DNA of 63,895 nucleotides, filler included, from Nitrospirae bacterium CG2_30_53_67 (GTDB lineage: Bacteria > CG2-30-53-67): NCBI GenBank assembly GCA_001873285.1. It is 7 parts of 7 records of this genome, joined end to end, with 100 filler letters (N's around TTAATTAATTAA, not from the genome) between each part and the next. Parts side by side here need not be neighbours in the genome. Positions count along the whole stretch, not along the records: positions 53,841 to 60,482 come from MNYV01000149.1; positions 60,583 to 63,895 come from MNYV01000119.1; 5 more parts are not named here. One strand, written 5' to 3'. The notes under the pieces are model-generated. The model ran no database searches, had not been told where the DNA came from, and saw only the letters and a program-made list of their open reading frames with translations. A program made the position numbers and the translations under genes. Positions 56,993 to 63,895 of the stretch are shown here, piece by piece (the stretch's first letter is position 1; each line of letters starts with the position of its first letter).

Positions 56993-57583
56993 TTAGTCTC
57001 CTGCCTTAAGATCCGGTAAAGGGGCGCGGATATCCATGTGGCCGAAGAAGGTCTCGGCCTCCATGCCGTTCAGCAGGACCTTTATCTTCTCAATTTCAGG
57101 AAAGTTCTTCATCAAAGAGGACTGAATGGAGGAGAGAGCAAGATATTCCATCAAACATCCTGCGGAACCTGCCTTGGATGCCGGGATCTGAAAATCCAGA
57201 TAGACGCACCCGCCGGAGAGATAGAGTTCCCTGAGCATGATCCCCTCCGGAAAGACCGGAAGCAGGGAATCGGACCGGGGGCCTCTCAAAAGGAGGACCA
57301 GAACCTGCCGCATGCGGTCCACAGGGTCCTTGGACTTGTAGATCACGCCGTTCTCCCCCTTGAGTACGAGGTCTCGGCCCGGGAAAAAGAGCTGGATGGG
57401 CATACGCTCCATATCCTCGCTATAAAGAGAAAAACCGGGCATATAGACACTCTCCACCTTGTCTTTCTTCGGCGCATGGGTTTTCTGCAGAACCAGATAG
57501 AAAGCCCCGGCTGCGGCAAGGATCAGGACAAGAACCGTCCAGAACCTGGAAAATCTGAAACCCGGTTTCTCCTGTTCATTCAT
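56993..57583 (-). CDS. GerMN-domain membrane protein
   Basis: TM helix; LL.GP, FPEG..L, YLDF, I.K.KVLLNG.E.ET..GH.D. Confidence 0.75.
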   Translation of the reverse strand: MNEQEKPGFRFSRFWTVLVLILAAAGAFYLVLQKTHAPKKDKVESVYMPGFSLYSEDMERMPIQLFFPGRDLVLKGENGVIYKSKDPVDRMRQVLVLLLRGPRSDSLLPVFPEGIMLRELYLSGGCVYLDFQIPASKAGSAGCLMEYLALSSIQSSLMKNFPEIEKIKVLLNGMEAETFFGHMDIRAPLPDLKAGD

Positions 57584-58334
57584 GGCCTGCTCCTGAACCT
57601 GCCTGTTTTACAAAGAGCCGAATCCCTTCATAGATGGCATTCGCGATCTCTTCCCGGAAATCTTCTTTGCTGAGCATCCCTTCCTGTACCGGATTGGTCA
57701 GGGCTGCAGGCTCGATCAAGACCGCAGGCATGTCCAGGGCGGCAAAGGGATAGACGGGAACGGCATGGACTCCGAGGTCAATTTGTCCGGAGAAGCGCTG
57801 GATCCATACCTGGTGAAGGGTATCGGCCAAGCGCCGGCTCTCTTTGATGTAGGGAGCCTGCTGCCGATCCCAGATGGAAAGTTTACTTTCCGGATGATCC
57901 TCAGAGGAAGCCCTCAGATAGGCCTGGTCGATATAGAAGAGTCCGAATCCCTGGGTCGTTTGATCCGGAAAACCGGAGAGATGGATGCTGACATAGAGCG
58001 TTCCCCGGTTATTGTCCGCCAGAGAGGCCCGCTCAGTCAGGGTGAGCGCTTCATCCCTGGAACGGGTCAGGAAGGTCCGATACCCCAGACCTTTGTCAAT
58101 CAGACTTTTGACCTTACCCGCGAGGTCCAGACAGACCTCTTTCTCGGTCAGCCCGCCCGGTCCCACCACTCCCGTGTCCTGGCCGCCGTGGCCGGCATCG
58201 ATGACGATCACCAGATCCTGCTCGGACAAGGTATATCCCTCAGGCGGAAACATCGTCATCCATATCAAGACGAGGAGTAAGAACGGATAGCAGATCTTTA
58301 TTCCACGGCTTCTTTCTTGCATGCGGCAATCCAC
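57576..58334 (-). CDS. N-acetylmuramoyl-L-alanine amidase (Amidase_3; start may be 58322)
   Basis: IDAGHGG.D.G, EKEV.L, LTR, ERA, VSIH, MPAVLIE. Confidence 0.85.
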   Translation of the reverse strand: MDCRMQERSRGIKICYPFLLLVLIWMTMFPPEGYTLSEQDLVIVIDAGHGGQDTGVVGPGGLTEKEVCLDLAGKVKSLIDKGLGYRTFLTRSRDEALTLTERASLADNNRGTLYVSIHLSGFPDQTTQGFGLFYIDQAYLRASSEDHPESKLSIWDRQQAPYIKESRRLADTLHQVWIQRFSGQIDLGVHAVPVYPFAALDMPAVLIEPAALTNPVQEGMLSKEDFREEIANAIYEGIRLFVKQAGSGAGHE

Positions 58335-58483
58335 TCCTGCAACCCGACAAATCCCTCTTTAAAAGTGATTGATCATAGTGCAATTGAGGAAGGTTGTCAA
58401 ATGGATGGAGCAAGATAATTCTTGACTCAGGATCGGAAAATCATTAGTATAATTAAATTTTATCACAAATCAAGGAGGCATCC

Positions 58484-59218
58484 GTGATTCGGATGGACGG
58501 CAGGACAAAAGATGCCTTAAGATCGGTCAAGATAACCCGCAGATTCATCCGGCATGCGGAAGGATCGGTGCTGATCGAGATGGGTGAGACCCGCGTGGTC
58601 TGCACGGCCACGGTGGAGTCCAGGGTCCCTCCGTTCATCAAGGATTCCGGACGAGGCTGGGTCACGGCGGAATACGGTATGCTTCCCCGGTCGGCTCACG
58701 AGCGGATCGTACGGGAGTCCGCCAAGGGGAAGGTCGGCGGCAGGACCCATGAGATCCAGCGTCTGATCGGCAGGTCCATGCGCTCCGTGGTGGATATGAG
58801 CGCCATTCCCGAACGGACCATCCTGCTGGACTGCGACGTCCTCCAGGCCGACGGCGGCACCCGGACGGCTTCGATCACCGGTTCTTTTATCGCTCTGGTG
58901 GATGCCTTGGACTGGATGAACAGAGGCGGCCTGATCCGAAAGATCCCGGTCGGCGACTATCTTGCCGCGGTCAGCGTGGGGATCCTGGATGGGGAGGTTA
59001 TTCTCGATTTATGTTATGATGAAGATTCGAAGGTCCAGGTGGACATGAATATCGTCATGACCGGGAGCGGACGTTTTATTGAAATACAGGGCACGGCGGA
59101 AGGCAATCCCTACACGCGCAGGGAACTCGACGAGATGCTTTCCTATGCCGAAAAAGGGATCCGTGAACTGATCGGCATTCAGAAAGAGTCTATCGGTGAG
59201 ATCCTCCACCTCTCATAA
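58484..59218 (+). CDS. rph: Ribonuclease PH
   Basis: [45 protein letters not shown]. Confidence 0.96.
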   Translation: MIRMDGRTKDALRSVKITRRFIRHAEGSVLIEMGETRVVCTATVESRVPPFIKDSGRGWVTAEYGMLPRSAHERIVRESAKGKVGGRTHEIQRLIGRSMRSVVDMSAIPERTILLDCDVLQADGGTRTASITGSFIALVDALDWMNRGGLIRKIPVGDYLAAVSVGILDGEVILDLCYDEDSKVQVDMNIVMTGSGRFIEIQGTAEGNPYTRRELDEMLSYAEKGIRELIGIQKESIGEILHLS

Positions 59219-59227
59219 AGGAATCAG

Positions 59228-59839
59228 ATGGACGTCGTGATTGCGACCAGGAACCGGAACAAGGTTGAAGAAATCTCACAGATGCTTCAGGGATCAAAGT
59301 TCAAAGTCATCTCCCTGCTGGATTTCAAGGATCGGAATCTGCCCGAAATTCAGGAAGACGGCCTGACCTTTGAAGAGAACGCCAGAAACAAGGCCCTGAC
59401 CATCGCCAAGATGACCGGACGCCTCACGCTTGCGGATGACTCAGGACTCATGGTGGACGCGCTGAACGGCAGGCCGGGGGTCCTCTCGGCCCGATATTCC
59501 GGGGAAAATGCGACACCCGAAGAGAACAACCGGAAACTGCTCGATGAGATCAAGGATGTGCCCACGAAAAAAAGAACGGCCCGGTTCGTCTGCGTGGTGG
59601 CCATTGCCAGGCCTTCAGGCAAGGTTCACGTGGTCGAAGGGAGATGCGAAGGGCTGATTGCCAAGGAGATCAGAGGGGAGACCGGCTTCGGTTATGATCC
59701 GCTTTTTATCGTCCCTGAATATGATAAAACCTTTGCAGAATTGGGAATTGCCGTAAAGAACCGGATCAGCCACCGGGCCATCGCCATTCAGAAGGCCGTG
59801 GAGGTCCTGACCGGCCTGTCGGAACATGAAAAAGGTTGA
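59228..59839 (+). CDS. rdgB: XTP/dITP diphosphatase (HAM1)
   Basis: ATRN..K, ADDSGL.VDAL.G.PGV.SARY, GFGYDPLF, KNRISHR. Confidence 0.95.
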   Translation: MDVVIATRNRNKVEEISQMLQGSKFKVISLLDFKDRNLPEIQEDGLTFEENARNKALTIAKMTGRLTLADDSGLMVDALNGRPGVLSARYSGENATPEENNRKLLDEIKDVPTKKRTARFVCVVAIARPSGKVHVVEGRCEGLIAKEIRGETGFGYDPLFIVPEYDKTFAELGIAVKNRISHRAIAIQKAVEVLTGLSEHEKG

Positions 59840-59864
59840 ATTTCTGTTCTGAAGCCGTTATACT
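59836..59864 (+). promoter_or_regulatory. Sigma70-like promoter for the tRNA cluster
   Basis: TTGAAT-17-TATACT about 54 nt upstream of tRNA-Pro. Confidence 0.6.
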
Positions 59865-59917
59865 TGCCATATCGTCAGCGGTAACGCCGTGGCATCTCTC
59901 TTCATGGGAGTCAACGA

Positions 59918-59994
<77 letters not shown>

Positions 59995-60008
59995 GCATGA
60001 CGCAGGAT

Positions 60009-60085
60009 GCGCCTGTAGCTCAGTTGGATAGAGCAACGGCCTTCTAAGCCGTGGGCCCGGGGTTCGAATCCCTGCAGGCGCGCCA
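60009..60085 (+). tRNA. tRNA-Arg(TCT)
   Basis: Anticodon arm ACGGC-CTTCTAA-GCCGT; GGTTCGAATCC; CCA. Confidence 0.96.
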
Positions 60086-60113
60086 ATGAATTTTGCAAAG
60101 AGAAATTCATGAT

Positions 60114-60190
60114 GGTGAGTGTAGCTCAATGGTTAGAGCACTGGACTGTGGCTCCAGGGGCTGGGGGTTCAAGTCCCCTCACTCACCCCA
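60114..60190 (+). tRNA. tRNA-His(GTG)
   Basis: G-1 present; anticodon arm CTGGA-CTGTGGC-TCCAG; GGTTCAAGTCC; CCA. Confidence 0.96.
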
Positions 60191-60232
60191 ATTTTTTCTC
60201 TTTGAGAAAAAAAGTAATTTGCATCGCAAATA

Positions 60233-60300
60233 AATATCCTCCGGCAAAGCCGGAGGTATTACGATTGCCGGCCCCTCAAAGGGGCCTGATCGCAATCGGT
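60233..60300. mobile_element. Orphan IS200/IS605-like end hairpins
   Basis: CCTCCGGC-AAA-GCCGGAGG followed by GGCCCCTCAAAGGGGCC. Confidence 0.45.
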
Positions 60301-60307
60301 TAAAAAA

Positions 60308-60397
60308 CACCCTCCCCTCAATCCCCTCCCATCAAGGGAGGGGAAGCCCACTGGCAGTTCCCTCGCCCCTTGTGGGAGAGGGTAAGGGTGAGGGGTA
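60308..60397. repeat. R2 REP-like hairpin pair
   Basis: CCCCTCCCATCAAGGGAGGGG...CCCTCGCCCCTTGTGGGAGAGGGTAAGGGTGAGGGG. Confidence 0.7.
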
Positions 60398-60460
60398 AAG
60401 CATTTCGATTAAAGGTGCCTTTGCGGAGCAAAAATTCTAAATTTTATGAAGTAAAATTTA

Positions 60461-60482
60461 GCGCCCGTAGCTCAGCTGGATA
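60461..60482 (+). tRNA. 5' part of a tRNA, probably Arg (truncated by gap)
   Basis: GCGCCCGTAGCTCAGCTGGATA acceptor stem and D-arm; anticodon not visible. Confidence 0.7.
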
Positions 60483-60582
60483 NNNNNNNNNNNNNNNNNN
60501 NNNNNNNNNNNNNNNNNNNNNNNNNNTTAATTAATTAANNNNNNNNNNNNNNNNNNNNNNNNNNNNNNNNNNNNNNNNNNNN
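60483..60582. other. Artificial contig linker
   Basis: N-run with TTAATTAATTAA. Confidence 0.98.
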
Positions 60583-61377
60583 GAAGAGATCCGCCTTCTC
60601 TCCAATCTGGAAACAGAGAAGACAAAACTCCTGCAAATTATTCTTGTCGGCCAGTCCGAGCTGCGTGAACACCTGCAGCTTCCCAACCTGGAACAGTTCA
60701 GGCAGCGGATTACGGTCAACTACCACATCCCTCCTCTGGAAATGGAGGAGACGGCCGCCTATATCCGACACAGGATCAAGGTTGCAAGCCGGGGTCCTTC
60801 CATAGAATTTCCGGAACCGGTTCTCAATATCATACATAAATACTCCATGGGGATTCCCAGGCTCATCAATGTCATCTGTGATGCCCTGCTCCTGTACGGG
60901 TTTGTAGAGGATAAGCGGGAACCGGACGAGAAGATGATCCGAGAGGTCATCAACGATATGATCCAGGAGGGGACCCTGCGCCATCCTGAGAAGGATATCC
61001 AGAAAAGGCAGAGCCGTGCCAGAGCAGAGAATGCGGCGCAGAGTGAGTTTAAGATCCTGAAGGCAAGGATCAAGGTCCTGGAGGATAAGCAGATCCTTTC
61101 AGAAAAGGCCTTGATGGGAGTGATCGACCATAACCGTACCCTTGAAAAAAAGGGGGTTGATCTGATCAGCCGGATAGAGGAGGTCCACAGACGTGAACAG
61201 GCCCTGATGGCCCGTCAGGAGAAATTGAAAATTCGGGAGGCCGAACTGATCAAACGGGAGCAGGAGATCAGGAAATTACTGATTCATGTCCATAATGAAA
61301 AGAAGTCCAACCCATTAAAAGACGAAGAGGAGGAATATGGCACAGGACAAAAATCCGGAGAAAGAGTTAACACGTAA
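60583..61377 (+). CDS. ExeA/GspA-like AAA ATPase with coiled-coil tail (5' truncated)
   Basis: EEIRLLSNLET..KLLQIILVGQ.EL, RQRI, YI.HR, GIPRLINVICD. Confidence 0.85.
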   Translation, partial: EEIRLLSNLETEKTKLLQIILVGQSELREHLQLPNLEQFRQRITVNYHIPPLEMEETAAYIRHRIKVASRGPSIEFPEPVLNIIHKYSMGIPRLINVICDALLLYGFVEDKREPDEKMIREVINDMIQEGTLRHPEKDIQKRQSRARAENAAQSEFKILKARIKVLEDKQILSEKALMGVIDHNRTLEKKGVDLISRIEEVHRREQALMARQEKLKIREAELIKREQEIRKLLIHVHNEKKSNPLKDEEEEYGTGQKSGERVNT

Positions 61378-62659
61378 GATCAAGGAGCGCTCCATCCGGG
61401 CCGGCATTATCGGTCTGGGATACGTCGGGCTTCCCCTTGCGGTTGAATTTGCTCATGCCGGATATTCGGTGGTGGGGATCGACAAGGACGCAGAGAAGGT
61501 CCGCTGCATCCAAGCGGGGAAATCCTATATTCCGGACGTTTCGCAGAAGACCTTGAAGGAGATCGTCGGGAAAGGGCTTTTGACGGCGACCGAGGATTTC
61601 TCGGCGCTCAAAGATTTGGATACCGTCAACATCTGTGTGCCGACGCCCCTGAGGAAGACCCGGGACCCGGATGTCTCCTTTATCGTGAATGCTACGGAGA
61701 AGATCGCGGCATACCTCCATCCTGGGCAACTGATCATCCTGGAGAGCACCACCTACCCCGGAACCACGGAAGAACTGGTCCTTCCCATGCTGGAGCAGGG
61801 GGGGCTCAAGGTGGGGAAAGACTTCTTCCTCTCTTTCTCCCCGGAGAGGGTGGACCCGGGCAATCAGAAGTATGCCACCAGGAATACGCCCAAGGTGGTG
61901 GGAGGGGTCACTGCAAAATGCACCCGGCTATCGGTATTATTCTATGCACAGGCCATTGATACCGTCGTACCGGTCTCCTCCACGCGCGTGGCGGAGATGG
62001 TGAAGCTTCTGGAGAATACATTCCGGAACGTGAACATCGGTCTGGTCAATGAACTCGCTATGATGTGCGACAAGATGAAGATCGATGTCTGGGAAGTCAT
62101 TGATGCCGCGGGGACCAAGCCCTTCGGGTTCATGCCGTTCTACCCGGGGCCGGGACTGGGCGGCCATTGTATCCCGATTGATCCCTTCTATCTCTCATGG
62201 AAGGCCAAACAGAGCGGTTTTGAGCCGAGGTTCATCGAGCTGGCCGGCGAGGTCAACAGCAAGATGCCGCATCACGTGGTATTCAAGGTGATGGATGCCA
62301 TGAATCAGCAAGAGAAGAGCCTGAAGGGATCCAGGATCCTTCTCCTGGGGATGGCCTATAAAAAAGATATCAATGACATCAGGGAATCTCCGGCCCTGGA
62401 TATCATGAAGCTCCTTAAGGAAAAGGGGGCCAGGGTTTCGTATCATGATCCCTTTATCCCCCGGATTTCTCTGGATGGCGCCAAGCCGATCCCATCGGCG
62501 CCGCTGAACAAGAAAGAGCTCGGTTCTTACGACTGTGTGGTCATCGTTACGAATCACAGCGGGATCGACTATCAGGCAGTGGCCCGTCATGCATCCCTGA
62601 TCGTGGATACCCGGAACGCCCTCAGGAAGGTCCGGGGGAAGCATATTTTCAGACTGTGA
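61337..62659 (+). CDS. Nucleotide-sugar dehydrogenase (UDP-GlcNAc 6-dehydrogenase, WbpA-like)
   Basis: GLGYVGLPLA, CVPTP, LESTTYPGTT, SPERVDPG, GGHCIPIDP, RESPA. Confidence 0.92.
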   Translation: MAQDKNPEKELTRKIKERSIRAGIIGLGYVGLPLAVEFAHAGYSVVGIDKDAEKVRCIQAGKSYIPDVSQKTLKEIVGKGLLTATEDFSALKDLDTVNICVPTPLRKTRDPDVSFIVNATEKIAAYLHPGQLIILESTTYPGTTEELVLPMLEQGGLKVGKDFFLSFSPERVDPGNQKYATRNTPKVVGGVTAKCTRLSVLFYAQAIDTVVPVSSTRVAEMVKLLENTFRNVNIGLVNELAMMCDKMKIDVWEVIDAAGTKPFGFMPFYPGPGLGGHCIPIDPFYLSWKAKQSGFEPRFIELAGEVNSKMPHHVVFKVMDAMNQQEKSLKGSRILLLGMAYKKDINDIRESPALDIMKLLKEKGARVSYHDPFIPRISLDGAKPIPSAPLNKKELGSYDCVVIVTNHSGIDYQAVARHASLIVDTRNALRKVRGKHIFRL

Positions 62660-62665
62660 GGTTTT

Positions 62666-63235
62666 GTGGTGAAGAATCGGATCGACCAGGCCCTTGCCGC
62701 TCATGAGAAGATGGTTCAGGGCCTGAACCAAGAGATCAAGCAGACGATTGAAACGGCTGCAGAGACGATCTTTCAAGCTTTGAAGAAAGGGAACAAGGTT
62801 CTGGTCATGGGGAACGGCGGCTCGGCCGCGGATGCCCAGCATCTGGCCGCGGAATTTGTGGGCCGTTTCCTGCATGAGCGAAAGGCGCTTCCTGCCGTGG
62901 CTCTGACCACGGATACCTCGATCCTGACGGCCATAGGGAACGATTACGGGTATGATTCGGTTTTTGTCCGTCAGGTTGAAGCCCTGGCCATGAGGGGGGA
63001 CGTGGTCATCGGGATCTCTACCAGCGGGCGTTCAAAAAATGTGATTTTTGCTTTGAATCGTGCCGGAGAGATCGGGTGTTTTACTCTCGGACTGACCGGG
63101 GGCGGCGGCGGTGACATCTCAAAAATTACCGACCTCTCTCTTGTGGTCCCCTCCAAGGATACCCCGAGAATCCAGGAGGGGCATATTCTGATCATTCACA
63201 TTCTTTGCGATCTGGTGGAGCAGCGGTTTGTATGA
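62666..63235 (+). CDS. gmhA: D-sedoheptulose 7-phosphate isomerase
   Basis: [29 protein letters not shown]. Confidence 0.94.
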   Translation: MVKNRIDQALAAHEKMVQGLNQEIKQTIETAAETIFQALKKGNKVLVMGNGGSAADAQHLAAEFVGRFLHERKALPAVALTTDTSILTAIGNDYGYDSVFVRQVEALAMRGDVVIGISTSGRSKNVIFALNRAGEIGCFTLGLTGGGGGDISKITDLSLVVPSKDTPRIQEGHILIIHILCDLVEQRFV

Positions 63236-63895
63236 ATGTCCTGGTGACGGGTGGAGCAGGGTTTATCGGTTCAACATTGGCGGACCGCCTTGTGGTTCGA
63301 GGGGACAGTGTGGTTTGCCTCGATTCCTTTGATGATTTTTATGATCCGTCCCTCAAGAGACGGAACATCCGTGATGTAAGCGGACATCCCCGGTTTGTCC
63401 TTGTGGAAGGGGATATCCGCGACACGGATCTGATGAAAGATCTGGCCCGGAAATACCGGGTTGATGCCGTCGTCCATTCAGCGGCACGGGCCGGAGTCCG
63501 TCCTTCGATCCGGAATCCCCTGCTGTATGAAGATGTGAACATCAAGGGGACCATGAATATCCTGGAGTTCGTAAGGTCCGTCGAGCCGCGAAACATGGTC
63601 TTTCTTTCCTCTTCGTCGGTTTACGGCGTCAATGAAAAGGTTCCATTTTCGGAGGACGATCCGGTAGACCATCCCATCTCCCCCTACGCGGCGACCAAAA
63701 AGGCCTGTGAACTCCTATGCCACACCTATCATCATCTCTACGGCCTCAACATCACCTGCATCCGCCCCTTTACGGTCTATGGGCCTCGGCAGAGACCGGA
63801 GATGGCCATACACAAGTTTACGCGCATGATTGACCGGGGAGAGCCGATTCCCATGTACGGGGATGGGAGTTCGAAAAGGGATTACACATATATTG
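63232..63895 (+). CDS. NAD-dependent sugar epimerase/dehydratase (runs off the window)
   Basis: [52 protein letters not shown]. Confidence 0.9.
   Translation, partial: MNVLVTGGAGFIGSTLADRLVVRGDSVVCLDSFDDFYDPSLKRRNIRDVSGHPRFVLVEGDIRDTDLMKDLARKYRVDAVVHSAARAGVRPSIRNPLLYEDVNIKGTMNILEFVRSVEPRNMVFLSSSSVYGVNEKVPFSEDDPVDHPISPYAATKKACELLCHTYHHLYGLNITCIRPFTVYGPRQRPEMAIHKFTRMIDRGEPIPMYGDGSSKRDYTYI

Noticed and set aside
56197..59839. amidase-GerMN-murI next to rph-rdgB as a novel or sporulation locus
   Set aside because: This is a widely conserved housekeeping neighbourhood, and GerMN domains occur in non-sporulating bacteria

Overview
Bacterial draft-genome or MAG sequence, GC-moderate, with gene content suggesting a Nitrospirota/Desulfobacterota-like anaerobe (inference). 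It is seven contigs joined by six artificial 100-nt N-TTAATTAATTAA-N linkers, so adjacency across linkers is not real. Contig 1: HNH endonuclease in structured non-coding flanks, MinD/FlhG-like ATPase, and a lytic transglycosylase / D-aminoacylase / peptidase C26 run. Contig 2: CusCBA-type metal efflux cluster preceded by Cys/His-rich, Met-rich and FixH/YtkA-like genes. Contig 3: peptide ABC ATPases, TPR protein, hflKC, and an atypical hypA. Contig 4: nitroreductase, AAA pseudogene, and an Rrf2-headed operon (ThrC-like PLP enzyme, MoaD/CysO-like carrier, two NIL proteins, MoeB, JAMM protease, DsrE) that looks like a sulfur-carrier-dependent (homo)cysteine route. Contig 5: prfC, MacAB-like exporter, divergent gshB/gshA with an altered GshB loop, nagZ, PBP1A, a decayed island with a type IV TA pair, YcbB/YcbK-like genes, a 1631-aa surface protein, and a T2SS gspK-L-parA-M block. 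Contig 6: octaheme HAO-family cytochrome plus probable porin, amidase-GerMN-murI, rph-rdgB, tRNAs. Contig 7: ExeA-like ATPase and sugar-nucleotide genes. Intergenic DNA is dense in small repeats, including a 7-copy octamer-repeat family apparently derived from collapsed four-helix-bundle cassettes, and MITEs inserted at the same trinucleotide of REP-like hairpin loops.
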